From: an uncultured bacterium
Lineage (GTDB): Bacteria > Patescibacteriota > Patescibacteriia > CAIQCM01
Direction: 5' to 3'
Assembly: GCA_963708045.1 (NCBI GenBank)
Contig: OY970181.1
Location: 451,740 to 515,739 of the forward strand
DNA: 64,000 bases
This document shows positions 49,405 through 59,096 of this stretch, one piece after another; the first letter of the stretch is position 1; each line of letters starts with the position of its first letter. Below the pieces are notes generated by a model. That model was given only the letters and a program-made list of their open reading frames with translations. It made no database searches and was not told the DNA's origin. Both the position numbers and the translations under genes were made by a program.

Positions 49405-49746
49405 TTAATTGTTATTTTTAATTAAAAAATTCAAACCATTTATTTCGCCATCATGAGTATTCGTATAAATGTCGTAATGGGTGTCCTGATCGAAAATATT
49501 TTCTCCAAATTTTGACCACTTTTCTACGACTAAGGAAAACCAATTATCAATATTATCGTTTGATAATTCCCCGTTATACGGGATTTTGTAAAGGTCATTT
49601 AAATACTCCAACGATGAGCAAACAAATATTTTTGTATGTTTTTTCTCATCATCAGAGAGAATAATAATTCTAGCCCAATATAAGTCCCTACTAAAATCCC
49701 TTTTTAAAGTCCCTTTCTCTGCCTTCATATTAAAAACCTGCAACAA
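49405..49746 (-). CDS. hypothetical protein
   Basis: 113 aa ORF in the AT-rich island. Confidence 0.35.
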   Translation of the reverse strand: MLQVFNMKAEKGTLKRDFSRDLYWARIIILSDDEKKHTKIFVCSSLEYLNDLYKIPYNGELSNDNIDNWFSLVVEKWSKFGENIFDQDTHYDIYTNTHDGEINGLNFLIKNNN

Positions 49747-49767
49747 TAATTTTAAGCAAAAAATTAC

Positions 49768-50223
49768 CTATCTACGATTGCCATGTATTATATACAATAC
49801 GATGCGTTCAATACCTTGTATTAAAAACATGGTTAAAAAGCCCCAAAAAATTCCATTTATTATCGAATAACCATATACATCAATTGAATCACTAAAACGC
49901 CAATTGACTTCACCTTTTTCAATTAAATAACCAAATATTAATGAGACGAAAGAGACAAACCAACCTAAAACATTTAGCAATCTCTCCCACCAACTATCTT
50001 GAGTTAAAAAAGTAAAAAAAGAAATTTTAAATTGCTTCTTTTTGACATTCAAAAAAATAAAGGACGTAACAGAAATTATTAGGACAGTGAATCCACCAAA
50101 ACCTAAAAAATCCTCAATAAAACTATGTGAATAATTTTTTGAAAAAATGAACAAAAAAGATGCTATTAATATACAATATGACGCAAACACCAATGCGTTT
50201 TTATTTATGAATTTTATGAGCAT
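49768..50223 (-). CDS. hypothetical membrane protein (4 TM)
   Basis: 151 aa; hydrophobic helices throughout. Confidence 0.4.
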   Translation of the reverse strand: MLIKFINKNALVFASYCILIASFLFIFSKNYSHSFIEDFLGFGGFTVLIISVTSFIFLNVKKKQFKISFFTFLTQDSWWERLLNVLGWFVSFVSLIFGYLIEKGEVNWRFSDSIDVYGYSIINGIFWGFLTMFLIQGIERIVLYIIHGNRR

Positions 50224-50316
50224 ATCTTTTTGATTGTAATTCGTCTGGACAATACCACGTCGTTCGCCTCATACTCATAAGAGTTAAGGTCGCTCGATAC
50301 GAAATTGTCTTAGCTT

Positions 50317-50604
50317 TTATTCTACAACTGATTCCATAATAGTGCCATCGTTTACCAATAACGAATCTCTTAACATCATGCGCAGTGTTGATTTTCCCTT
50401 GGTTGTTTTTAAATAAATTTCTCGCCTCGTTGCATCGGATGTCGTGAGATACGCCTCATAATGGATTATTTTTAATGGGCGGTAAGCTTTTGTTGATTGT
50501 GTTTCGCCTCGTTCGTGTTGCTGGAAACGGCGTTTTAGATCTTTGGTGCTGCCAACATATATCCAGTTTCTATTTTGACTTTTTAAAACATATACATAGT
50601 GCAT
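50317..50604 (-). CDS. GIY-YIG nuclease-superfamily protein, YhbQ/UPF0213-like
   Basis: MHYVYVLKSQNRNWIYVGSTKDLKRRFQQHERGE matches the GIY-YIG core (YVYiL...YVG.T.dL.rR..qH..G); start taken at an internal Met of the longer track ORF. Confidence 0.7.
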   Translation of the reverse strand: MHYVYVLKSQNRNWIYVGSTKDLKRRFQQHERGETQSTKAYRPLKIIHYEAYLTTSDATRREIYLKTTKGKSTLRMMLRDSLLVNDGTIMESVVE

Positions 50605-50730
50605 ATAACATATTATAAACCCGGAAAGCGCCGCGCACCATGTGAGGTGCACGGCTGCCATAAACCACGTTTGCTTTGAGTATTCATCTATCAAAAAACA
50701 CGTAGAGCATGACAAACCATATATAGAATG

Positions 50731-50762
50731 GCTTGCCATAAACCCCACGTGGTTTATGGCGG
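50731..50762 (+). repeat. att-like direct repeat, proximal copy overlapping the tRNA-Ser 3' end
   Basis: gcttgccataaaccccacgtggtttatggcgg; partner at 45097-45128; a degenerate third copy ggctgccataaaccacgtttg at about 50654-50674. Confidence 0.6.
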
Positions 50763-50846
50763 AGAGTATAGGATTTGAACCTATGAGCCCCCTTACGGGA
50801 GCGCAGTTTAGCAAACTGCTGCCTTGGACCACTCGGCCAACTCTCC
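50757..50846 (-). tRNA. tRNA-Ser (anticodon GCU), class II with long variable arm, CCA encoded
   Basis: Reverse complement reads GGAGAGT-TG-GCC...anticodon loop tt-GCT-aa...variable arm gctcccgtaagggggc...T-arm ATAGG-TTCAAAT-CCTAT...ACTCTCC-G-CCA. Confidence 0.8.
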
Positions 50847-51095
50847 ATATTATTTTAATTGTTCGTTGGCCTCGTGGTAGAACCACTCCCAGCCAAAGGC
50901 TGGTGCGCCTCGGGCGCAGGCCAACTCTCCATATCTCGTTGATTGTGAGTAAAATATATTAAAAAAACGGCTAAATGTCAATTTTCTTTGTTTTTTTAGC
51001 TGAACAGAGCTTATCAAAAGCAACCCAAAGTAAATTGTATCAATGGGTAAAAGGAGTAGAATTGTTATTAGATTAACTGATTAACAAATTTTTTT

Positions 51096-51380
51096 ATGTG
51101 GGCAATTATTGGGTTTATTGTCGGTATCTGCGCGCCGCGGCTTGTATCAATATATCTTTACTTTTTTACTAGCTGGTTTGCGGGCGTATTTCATACCAAG
51201 GGCTGGCCGATTTTGGGTTTTATTTTTATGCCGCGGACAATGCTTTGGTATAGCGTTGTTGCTAATTGGTCTAACGGTCACTGGGGTTTTTGGCAGTATG
51301 CCATTTTGGTCATTGCAATAATTGGCGACCTTGGCGGCGGCAAATCAACTTACCACCGTAAGCCGTACGGATGCTTTTAG
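51096..51380 (+). CDS. small hypothetical membrane protein
   Basis: 94 aa, 3 TM helices. Confidence 0.4.
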   Translation: MWAIIGFIVGICAPRLVSIYLYFFTSWFAGVFHTKGWPILGFIFMPRTMLWYSVVANWSNGHWGFWQYAILVIAIIGDLGGGKSTYHRKPYGCF

Positions 51381-51416
51381 TGTTCGCTATCGGAAAACGA
51401 TCTCGTCCCGTATTTA

Positions 51417-51848
51417 ATGGGCGACATATATAATTATATAAAAAATAAAATAATCATCACCATTGCTTTCTTCCTAGCTATTATTGCGGTTGTTTTTTTA
51501 TTTTATTTTTACAAACCCCAACAAAACTTGCCGACTGGTGTTATTTCAAACGCGCCCAATGTTTCCAAAACCTGCGTTGATTGCGGAAAAGGGGGTTGGG
51601 AGAAAATGGACGAGCTTTGCGGAAAACAAATCATTTCTAAAAATGATTTTAAGGAGTGCCTGAAAAATTTTAGTTGGTCATCGGTTGGCAAAGACACGGA
51701 CGCTGGTGAAATACAGGAAGGATATATTGAAATCGGCAGTTTAGAAGTTTTGAAAAATTCTACTGTCGGATCAATTGGTGTTTTTATCTACCACCAGTGG
51801 GCGGTTGATAAAGATGGAAATTTATATTTATTAGGGCAACTAGGTTAA
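51417..51848 (+). CDS. hypothetical membrane-anchored protein
   Basis: N-terminal TM helix IIITIAFFLAIIAVVFLFYF. Confidence 0.45.
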   Translation: MGDIYNYIKNKIIITIAFFLAIIAVVFLFYFYKPQQNLPTGVISNAPNVSKTCVDCGKGGWEKMDELCGKQIISKNDFKECLKNFSWSSVGKDTDAGEIQEGYIEIGSLEVLKNSTVGSIGVFIYHQWAVDKDGNLYLLGQLG

Positions 51849-51920
51849 CGGATAGTATAACTGAATAAAATTCCTTATAATACTCTTTAGATTATTAGTA
51901 CCAAGTAACGCACAATAAAT

Positions 51921-52370
51921 ATGGTAATTACTATTTGCTCAAGCGTTGATTTTACGCCAAAAATAAAAGAAATCAGGGAGATTTTAGAAAATAAGGGCTG
52001 GAAAGTTAATATTCCTTATGTTTCCCAGAAGATTATTGACGGGCTTCTGTCTTATGAAGATTTTTTGAAAACAAAAGAAAGCAGTGGTGATATATCTATT
52101 AGAAAAGACCAAAACGTTGACCTAATAAAACGATATTGGGATTTTATTAAAAATTCTGATGCTATCCTGGTGCTTAATCTTGATAAAAAGGGGATTGCTG
52201 GTTATGTCGGCGGCAGTACTTTAATGGAGATGGGGTTTGCTTATGGGCACGGTAAAAAAATTTATCTCTTTAATAATATTCCGGCGCGAAGCGAAAGAAT
52301 TCATTACGTTGATGAGATAATGGATATGAAACCAATTGTTATAAACAGCGATCTAGATAAAATAATTTAA
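51921..52370 (+). CDS. nucleoside 2-deoxyribosyltransferase-like protein (putative)
   Basis: SDAILVLNLDKKGIAGYVGGSTLMEMGFAYGHGKKIYLF resembles the NDT/PF05014 core (D.G...E.GyA...gK.v). Confidence 0.4.
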   Translation: MVITICSSVDFTPKIKEIREILENKGWKVNIPYVSQKIIDGLLSYEDFLKTKESSGDISIRKDQNVDLIKRYWDFIKNSDAILVLNLDKKGIAGYVGGSTLMEMGFAYGHGKKIYLFNNIPARSERIHYVDEIMDMKPIVINSDLDKII

Positions 52371-52400
52371 CCTTTTTAATTTCATAAAAATAAATAGAAA

Positions 52401-52437
52401 AGCCGTTCGTCCCTGTGGGAACGAACGGCTTTTGGCG
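52401..52437. terminator. bidirectional stem-loop terminator between convergent genes
   Basis: aagccgttcgtccctgtgggaacgaacggctttt; 13-bp stem. Confidence 0.65.
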
Positions 52438-52457
52438 AGGGGTTGTCTAGGGTGAGT

Positions 52458-53162
52458 CTACCGTTGGCAGACTGTCTCGTCTTTGGCGCAAGCGGCTAGG
52501 CGCAGACCGTAGAGTTGTGTCACTATACCGCCGACATTGTCGCCAGCACGGAAAGCTACATCAACTGCTTTGACGGCGTCGGTTACGGCATCGTGCCACA
52601 TCGCAGTCTTGCCGTTGACGCAATCCTGTAGACGCTGAACCATGTGCTCGGCAAATCCAATACGCGCCTTACGGGCGAGATCCTTAAGCTCGGATTCTAG
52701 TTTCTTGTCGATCTCAAACATCGTCGCCAGGCTTACTGCCTGCGTTGCCTCGGCCACCGCGTTTTCGGCAGTGCCGATGACTTCGCCTGGTTTTTCATCA
52801 AAAGCGCGAAGAACAACGAACGACCTGTTAATGACGTGATGCCTGCGTGTAGCCGTGGCTAGCTTGCGCCACTGATTGCGAAGAGAGGTGTTGGTCGCAT
52901 CCAAATTATTGAGAGCCACATTGGCCTTCTCTATCACATTCTCCATTACCGAGATGTTTGAGAGAAACTGGTCATCAACGAACATTTGAAGCGCGAACAT
53001 AGCTTCGTAGGCGCGTAGCTTGACGAGGGGACTATCCGTTGGTTTGGACTTCTCGCCGATGCTCGTTGCGGCGGGTGTCGCCTTGGATACGCTGGACTTG
53101 TGAGCGCAGGACGCAAAGGCGAGGGCGAAAACAACAGAACCGAACATTGCGATCTTTTTCAT
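52458..53162 (-). CDS. hypothetical lipoprotein
   Basis: MKKIAMFGSVVFALAFASC lipobox. Confidence 0.55.
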   Translation of the reverse strand: MKKIAMFGSVVFALAFASCAHKSSVSKATPAATSIGEKSKPTDSPLVKLRAYEAMFALQMFVDDQFLSNISVMENVIEKANVALNNLDATNTSLRNQWRKLATATRRHHVINRSFVVLRAFDEKPGEVIGTAENAVAEATQAVSLATMFEIDKKLESELKDLARKARIGFAEHMVQRLQDCVNGKTAMWHDAVTDAVKAVDVAFRAGDNVGGIVTQLYGLRLAACAKDETVCQR

Positions 53163-53555
53163 TGAGTGTCTCCTTCTCCTGATTTCTGATTAAACAGTTA
53201 CTTCCGGCCACTCTGTTTACATATATGGTAATGTAAACAGAGTGGCCAAAAGCAACTGATTTTAAAGAGCTTATTAACGTAAGATAATACCAGATTTTGC
53301 TATTTTGTCAATAGAACACACGTGGCTTTTTAACAATTTTTGGCCTATTTTAAACAAAATGAATATAAAGTAGCTGGGCAGTATAAATTATCAAAAATCA
53401 ACTAGCTCCGTAGACAATACCCACAAAAACCCCTATAATCTCGGAAGGTGTTTGAAAAGACAAAAAAGCATTCTTCCGAGTTTGTCCGATCGGAAAAATC
53501 GGAAGAATATTTTTCTATAAAAAGAAAATTAGAATCATAAATTTATTGTCCGTGC

Positions 53556-53643
53556 GGAGAGGTGCCAGAGTGGACGATTGGGACAGTCTTGAAAACTGTT
53601 GAACCTTAATAGGGTTCCGTGAGTTTGAATCTCACCCTCTCCG
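53556..53643 (+). tRNA. tRNA-Ser (anticodon UGA), class II, no encoded CCA
   Basis: GGAGAGG-TG-CCA...anticodon stem ACAGT loop ct-TGA-aa ACTGT; variable arm tgaaccttaatagggttcc; T-arm GTGAG-TTTGAAT-CTCAC; acceptor CCTCTCC-G. Confidence 0.8.
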
Positions 53644-53681
53644 CTCGGATAGTAAGTTTTATCATTGTCGTCAAAATTTTT

Positions 53682-54041
53682 ATGAATAAACAATTAATTA
53701 AAGACGCGTTGGGGTGGGGGACTGTGCTTTGGCTGGTTGGATATATTTTGGGCTTTGTTTTTTTCTTTATTTTTCCTCCGGCGCTTATCGGTTGGTTTAT
53801 AATGCCGATCGCAACGCTCTTTACGCTTTGGGTATTGTTTAAAAAAGTTAAGGGCAACTCGTTTAAATATTATCTTATCGTCGCGGTTGTTTGGGCGATC
53901 ATCGCCGTTGCGATGGATTATCTTTTTATTGTAAAAATGTTAAAGCCCGCGGATGGTTATTATAAGGTGGATGTATATTTGTATTACATTTTGACACTCG
54001 TCCTACCGCTTGTTGTCGGCTTGAAACGAAAGGGGATATAA
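53682..54041 (+). CDS. small hypothetical membrane protein
   Basis: Start at an internal ATG because the track ORF overlaps the tRNA; 3-4 TM helices. Confidence 0.45.
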   Translation: MNKQLIKDALGWGTVLWLVGYILGFVFFFIFPPALIGWFIMPIATLFTLWVLFKKVKGNSFKYYLIVAVVWAIIAVAMDYLFIVKMLKPADGYYKVDVYLYYILTLVLPLVVGLKRKGI

Positions 54042-54044
54042 AAT

Positions 54045-54836
54045 ATGAATTTATTTAAAGTGATTCCGATTCACTCGCGCTGGAAATTAGCACTCAAAAC
54101 TTTGCCTTTTGTTATCGCGATCGTTATGGTTAAATTTATTGCCCACTATCTTGGTTACGAGTTTTTAACTTTAAATTCTCTTTTTACCGCGATAATCTCT
54201 GCTAACATATTTTTAATCGGTTTTCTTATTTCTGGTGTTTTGGTTGATTATAAGGAAAGCGAAAAAATACCAGGTGACCTTGCTTCAAGTATAGAAACAA
54301 TGGCCGATGAAGGGATGATTATTTTTAAAAATAAAAAATGCCAAGAAGCAAAAAACTTTTTGGTTAAGTTGTCGCAATTTAATGCGGAACTGTTGAATTG
54401 GTTTTATGGAAAAGAACGGACAGGTGGCATAATGAAAAAATTGTTTTCTTTTAATGATGATTTTTTGTCATTTGAAAGCCAAACGCAGGCAAATTTTATT
54501 GTTCGCCTTAAGCAAGAACAAAATTTTATCAGGAAAATGATTAACCGCGTTCATACGATTCGCGAAACATCATTTTTGGGAACGGGTTACGCCATTGCTG
54601 AGATCATTACTTTTGTCCTGACGGTTGGTTTGGTCTTTATTAAAATGGATCCGTTCTACGAAAGCGTTTTCTTTGTTTCTTTTGTTAGTTTTATTTTAAT
54701 TTATATGATTTATTTTATTAAAGATTTGGATAATCCATTTGGATACAATGATAATAGCAGCTTGGTTGAAGATGTATCCTTAAAACCGATTAAAGATAGT
54801 CAAAAAAGGTTGGACTCCTATCTTCAAGAAATTTAA
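54045..54836 (+). CDS. hypothetical membrane protein (possibly bestrophin/UPF0187-like)
   Basis: 263 aa with 4 TM helices in N- and C-terminal pairs; family assignment uncertain. Confidence 0.4.
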   Translation: MNLFKVIPIHSRWKLALKTLPFVIAIVMVKFIAHYLGYEFLTLNSLFTAIISANIFLIGFLISGVLVDYKESEKIPGDLASSIETMADEGMIIFKNKKCQEAKNFLVKLSQFNAELLNWFYGKERTGGIMKKLFSFNDDFLSFESQTQANFIVRLKQEQNFIRKMINRVHTIRETSFLGTGYAIAEIITFVLTVGLVFIKMDPFYESVFFVSFVSFILIYMIYFIKDLDNPFGYNDNSSLVEDVSLKPIKDSQKRLDSYLQEI

Positions 54837-54850
54837 GTTTAAAAATATAA

Positions 54851-55501
54851 ATGGAAATTATTTTAGGCGTCATAAATTTTATTCTTCATTTTGACGTTCA
54901 CTTGGGCGAAATTATCGCTCACTACGGGATTTTGGCATACGCGTTTTTGTTTGCAATAATATTTATTGAAACAGGTTTGGTGTTAATGCCATTTTTGCCC
55001 GGCGATTCGCTCTTGTTCGCGGCCGGCGCGTTTGCAGCCATCGGCCCGTTTAACATTGTTGTTTTGCTTATCTTGCTCTGGATCGCGGCTTTTTTGGGTG
55101 ATACGGTTAATTTTTTAATCGGACGTTACCTTGGACAAAAGTTAATTGCTAATTCAAAAATTCCTATCAACCAAAATCACATAGATAGAACGCATAAATT
55201 TTTTGACAAATACGGCGGCAAAGCGATTTTTTTGGCGCGCTTTGTGCCGATTGTCCGTACTTTTGCGCCGTTTGTCGCCGGAATCGGAAAAATGGATTAC
55301 AAAAAATTTGTCTATTACAACGTGATTGGCGGGTTGGTTTGGGTTTTTGGTTTTACTCTGCTTGGATATTTTTTCGGCAATATGCCGACGGTCAAGAAAA
55401 ATTTTTCCATTGTCATTTTGGCGATAATAATATTATCGGTTGCCCCGATTGCTATTGAATTTATAAAAGCAAAAATGCACCAAGCCAAGAATACTAAATA
55501 A
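54851..55501 (+). CDS. DedA/SNARE-associated (TVP38) family membrane protein
   Basis: FIETGLVLMPFLPGDSLLFAAGAFAA and FLARFVPIVRTFAPFVAGIGKM are the DedA signature regions. Confidence 0.75.
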   Translation: MEIILGVINFILHFDVHLGEIIAHYGILAYAFLFAIIFIETGLVLMPFLPGDSLLFAAGAFAAIGPFNIVVLLILLWIAAFLGDTVNFLIGRYLGQKLIANSKIPINQNHIDRTHKFFDKYGGKAIFLARFVPIVRTFAPFVAGIGKMDYKKFVYYNVIGGLVWVFGFTLLGYFFGNMPTVKKNFSIVILAIIILSVAPIAIEFIKAKMHQAKNTK

Positions 55502-55504
55502 CGC

Positions 55505-56551
55505 TTGATTGATATGGTTAATAAGGTAAAAATTTATACCAAAGAATTTGCTAGAAATTACTCGTTGTTTCAGATTGTTGCTAATAATGAATTTAACAAA
55601 CGATCAACGTCGGAATTTAGTGCCGTTCCCGATATAGGCCAGGCGCTTTATCTTCATACCGGCGGTTCGCTAGTAGATATTTATTATCTTCCTGGGGAGG
55701 TAAAAAGGATTTTTAACGAATTTGGAAGATTAGCCTCTAACGTCAGTTATTTTTACGGAGTTATTGCAAAATTTTTTGATGTTACAGAAGAAATAATGCC
55801 GTATTTTGAAAAGAAAAAATCAGTTAAAAATATTGATGAGTTAAAAGGCATTTATGAATTGTATAAGGATTATTGCTACGGCGAGTCCGCAGCTTGGGTT
55901 GCACCCTTGGTTGAAAGTTTATCAAAAGAGATAAGGGATAGAGCTTTGTCCGCCAGAGAAAAAACGCAACATTTGACCTCAATGCGTGATCAAATGTTTG
56001 ATTATAATCTGGTTACATTATTTCCAAAGCTTGGTGCGTTAACGCATTTTGTAACGCCGGAAAGCGTTTTCTCAGGAAAGCCATTGGAAGAGCTTTTTAA
56101 GGAGGCCAACGCAAACAAAAATGGTTTCATATATTTTGACGGCATTGTTTATGCGGGGGAACAAGATAAAATATTAAAAAAATTAAATATAGAACTGGAC
56201 GACAATACTCCAGCAAAAGGCACAAAATTTATTAAAGGCCAGTCGGCTTCGGTTGGAAAAGTAAGGGGACGAGTAAAAATTATTTTAACCGGCAAAGAAA
56301 TAGACAAAATTTCTTTGGGTGATATTTTGGTAAGCCCAATGACAAGGCCGGATTTTATTCCGGCGATGATTAAAGCGGCAGCCTTTGTTACCGATGAAGG
56401 CGGGGTGACCTGCCACGCTGCGATTGTTGCGCGTGAAATGAAAAAGCCTTGCGTTATTGGAACAAGAATCGCCACGCGAATTCTTAAGGATGGCGACCTT
56501 GTTGAAGTTGACGCTAATACGGGAGTGGTTGAAATTCTTGATGAAAAATAA
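55505..56551 (+). CDS. PEP-utilizing-enzyme mobile (His-swivel) domain protein, paralog 1
   Basis: C-terminal [11 protein letters not shown]...[45 protein letters not shown] (PEP-utilizers phospho-His region). Confidence 0.7.
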   Translation: MIDMVNKVKIYTKEFARNYSLFQIVANNEFNKRSTSEFSAVPDIGQALYLHTGGSLVDIYYLPGEVKRIFNEFGRLASNVSYFYGVIAKFFDVTEEIMPYFEKKKSVKNIDELKGIYELYKDYCYGESAAWVAPLVESLSKEIRDRALSAREKTQHLTSMRDQMFDYNLVTLFPKLGALTHFVTPESVFSGKPLEELFKEANANKNGFIYFDGIVYAGEQDKILKKLNIELDDNTPAKGTKFIKGQSASVGKVRGRVKIILTGKEIDKISLGDILVSPMTRPDFIPAMIKAAAFVTDEGGVTCHAAIVAREMKKPCVIGTRIATRILKDGDLVEVDANTGVVEILDEK

Positions 56552-57077
56552 TTTTATGCAAAAAGATTTTGAAAAGACTAAATTCACGCTTGGCGCGTTT
56601 GGGGTGATTTTTGATGATGAAGGTCGGGTATTGCTTTGTCACCGAACTGACCACGACTTATGGAATTTGCCGGGCGGTACGGTTGAGCCGGGTGAAACAC
56701 CGGCGGATACCGTGATTAGAGAAGTTAAAGAAGAAACGGGATTTGAGGTGGAGATAGTTAAGTTAATTGGCGTTTACAGCAAAGAAAAGAAAAACGATTT
56801 GGTTTTTTCTTTTGCCTGCAAAATTATTTCTGGTGAACGGACATTAAATTTTGAAGCTGATAAAATTGAATATTTCGCCGTTAGTGATTTGCCAGTTAAT
56901 CTGCCGCCGAATCATTTAGACCGAATCAATGACGCACGTTTAGGTTTGAGTGAAACTATTTTTAAAATTCAAAAAGGCAAATCAAGTCTGGAGTTGCTTA
57001 AGGAATTAAAATTAAACGGCAATATTTCAGCCCCCCCGATGGCCATCGGGGGGAAGGGGGGGTTCGTTCCGTCCTAA
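56541..57077 (+). CDS. NUDIX hydrolase
   Basis: NUDIX box [26 protein letters not shown]; start ambiguous (56541 or 56556); the C-terminus overlaps a degenerate family A repeat arm that contains the palindrome cccccgatggccatcggggg. Confidence 0.75.
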   Translation: MKNNFMQKDFEKTKFTLGAFGVIFDDEGRVLLCHRTDHDLWNLPGGTVEPGETPADTVIREVKEETGFEVEIVKLIGVYSKEKKNDLVFSFACKIISGERTLNFEADKIEYFAVSDLPVNLPPNHLDRINDARLGLSETIFKIQKGKSSLELLKELKLNGNISAPPMAIGGKGGFVPS

Positions 57078-57130
57078 CGTAATAAAACAGAACTCTCCCT
57101 ACCCTCCCTTTTACCAAAGGGAGGACTAAG
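57050..57130 (+). repeat. repeat family A, copy C (degenerate L arm, intact R arm)
   Basis: ggggggaagggggggttcgttccgtcctaacgtaataaaacagaactctccctaccctcccttttaccaaagggaggactaag. Confidence 0.65.
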
Positions 57131-57235
57131 ATTTTTCGTTCCATCTCATCCTCGTCTTTGCAAAAAAGATTGTATTGGATTTAAAAAAATTCTAATAAGC
57201 GGTATTATGGAATAATAATCATTAATTATAATGAT

Positions 57236-57676
57236 ATGTTAAAAATTGGAATTCAAGCGCCTGATTTTTCGGCGCCAGACCAAGCGGGGAAAATGCAACA
57301 TCTCTCCGACTACGTCGGAAAATGGGTGCTTCTTTATTTTTATCCAAAGGATTTTACTTCCGGTTGCACGACCGAAGCGTGTTCAATTCGCGATAACTAT
57401 GAAGGTTTTAAAAAAATAGACGCCGTTGTTTTGGGGGTCAGTACCGACTCGGTGGAAAGCCACACGGATTTTTCCGACGAATACTCACTGCCTTTTACGA
57501 TTATTTCCGATCCGGAAAAGAAAATCGTTGACGCGTACGGAGCAAATGGAATAATGACGCGCCGTGTTTCGTATTTAATTGATCCCGAAGGAAAAATTGC
57601 CAAGGCATACGATAAAGTTAAGCCCGAAGCGCATAGCGCCGAAGTGTTAAAGGATTTGGCAGAATTAAAAAAATAA
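57236..57676 (+). CDS. bcp: thiol peroxidase Bcp / peroxiredoxin Q
   Basis: APDFSAPDQAGK...VLLYFYPKDFTSGCTTEAC peroxidatic Cys motif. Confidence 0.85.
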   Translation: MLKIGIQAPDFSAPDQAGKMQHLSDYVGKWVLLYFYPKDFTSGCTTEACSIRDNYEGFKKIDAVVLGVSTDSVESHTDFSDEYSLPFTIISDPEKKIVDAYGANGIMTRRVSYLIDPEGKIAKAYDKVKPEAHSAEVLKDLAELKK

Positions 57677-58186
57677 ATGTCACCGATACAAATAATTGTT
57701 TTTCTCGTTTTGCTTGTTTTTCTCGTAAGCGCGGTTGCTGCGAGCGCGGCGCCTTGGTTGCCGACAAAACAAGGGGACGTTGAACGGATTCTAAAATTAG
57801 CCGAGATTAAAACGGGCGAAGTTTTTTACGACCTTGGTTGCGGCGACGGTCGGTTGGTCGGCGTGGCGTCGCGTGCCGGGGCAAAGGCTAGTGGTTTTGA
57901 TATTTCGCTTTTGCCGTACCTTTTGGCGCGCCTGCGTTTGGCGCGAGAAAAAGGCAACCCCAAAATAATCTTTAAGAATTTTTTTAAACAAGACTTATCT
58001 AAAGCGGATATTGTTTATTTATTTTTAACGCCGCCTGTGATGACAAAGGTTAAAGACAAGCTTGTCGCTGGTCTTAAAAAGGGGACGCGGGTAATTTCGT
58101 ATGCCTTCGCCATTCCTGGTTTGGAATTGGTCGTAAAAGACACCGCCCCCGGCCGGCCAAATATTTATTTATACCGAATATTTTAG
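57677..58186 (+). CDS. small class I SAM-dependent methyltransferase with an N-terminal hydrophobic segment
   Basis: Motif I VFYDLGCGDGRLV; the stop codon TAG is embedded in repeat family A copy D. Confidence 0.6.
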   Translation: MSPIQIIVFLVLLVFLVSAVAASAAPWLPTKQGDVERILKLAEIKTGEVFYDLGCGDGRLVGVASRAGAKASGFDISLLPYLLARLRLAREKGNPKIIFKNFFKQDLSKADIVYLFLTPPVMTKVKDKLVAGLKKGTRVISYAFAIPGLELVVKDTAPGRPNIYLYRIF

Positions 58187-58303
58187 CCCACTCTTTGCAA
58201 AAGAGGGGGTAGGGGGAGTTCGTTCCGTCATAAATAACCTTGACGTAATAAAACAGAACTCTCCCGGCCTTCGGCCACCCTCCCTTTTACCAAAGGGAGG
58301 GGC
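58183..58303 (+). repeat. repeat family A, copy D
   Basis: ttagcccactctttgcaaaagagggggtagggggagttcgtt...acgtaataaaacagaactctcccGGCCTTCGGCCaccctcccttttaccaaagggagggg, with a small ggccttcggcc hairpin inserted. Confidence 0.75.
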
Positions 58304-58340
58304 TATATGCCAAGACTTTTTTGCGCTATAATATATAACT

Positions 58341-58826
58341 ATGGAAAATCAATCGCCGCACGGACAAATTCTTCTTTCTTGGCCAACCTACGCCCATGAC
58401 CACTATATTCGCGGAACGGTCTGGTACGCGATTTTTGTTACACTCTGGACAGCGTCCGTCGTTTATTCGGTTTGGTCATATAATTTTACATTAGCCGCGA
58501 TTTTGGTGATGTTTGCGGCCGTTGTTGCGATTCAAGCCACGCGTCCGCCTCATAAGTACGAAGCCGTGCTTACCGATCGGGGAATATTAATCGGCGAAAG
58601 ATTTGTTTCCTACCGCGAGCTGGTTGATTTTTGGATTATCTACGATCCGCCGATTTGCTCGCTTTACTTGGATTTAAAAAGTGCTTTGGTTACCAGATTG
58701 CATGTTGGCTTGGAAAACATTGATCCCAATAAAGTGCGTGAAATTTTGCTTAAAAACGTAAAAGAAGATTTGACGCACGATAGCGAACCCGCGATTGATT
58801 CACTCTCAAGAATCCTGAAGATTTGA
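58341..58826 (+). CDS. hypothetical membrane protein
   Basis: 161 aa; two TM helices near the N-terminus. Confidence 0.45.
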   Translation: MENQSPHGQILLSWPTYAHDHYIRGTVWYAIFVTLWTASVVYSVWSYNFTLAAILVMFAAVVAIQATRPPHKYEAVLTDRGILIGERFVSYRELVDFWIIYDPPICSLYLDLKSALVTRLHVGLENIDPNKVREILLKNVKEDLTHDSEPAIDSLSRILKI

Positions 58827-58951
58827 CGAAAAACCACTTTTCGGGTAATCTTTTTTTGTTTCCGACGATATTATTTGCACGCGTATCTGCGCTTCGGTAA
58901 AGCAGGTGGCCTACGCTTGATACCCGTGGTCGTTCGGAGAAAATGCGTAAA

Positions 58952-59072
58952 GAACATCGGTTAAAAGCGCACAGCGCTTTTCTCGCAACATTGTATGTAA
59001 GGTTTTAAACAAACTCAAAACCTTACATACAATGTTGCGAGAAATCACCTCGGTGATTTTTAACCGATGTTA
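58952..59072 (+). ncRNA. highly structured about 120-nt element (three hairpins closed by an outer stem) upstream of tRNA-Arg; candidate structured RNA or regulatory element of unknown class
   Basis: Perfect 26-bp stem tctcgcaacattgtatgtaaggtttt / aaaaccttacatacaatgttgcgaga; flanking hairpins aaaagcgc-aca-gcgctttt and aaatcacc-tc-ggtgattt; outer stem gaacatcggttaaaa / tttttaaccgatgtt. Confidence 0.35.
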
Positions 59073-59096
59073 GGACGCACTTTCAATCCTCATCTC

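Noticed and set aside
50860-50937. Possible second tRNA next to tRNA-Ser(GCU)
   Set aside because: Shares only the first about 16 nt (acceptor/D-stem start) with the tRNA and lacks a T-loop and anticodon arm; interpreted as a partial duplication of the tRNA 5' segment, possibly an old att remnant.
50642-50962. 106-aa plus-strand ORF overlapping tRNA-Ser(GCU)
   Set aside because: Covers the tRNA gene and att repeats; no coding signal; an artefact of an open frame.
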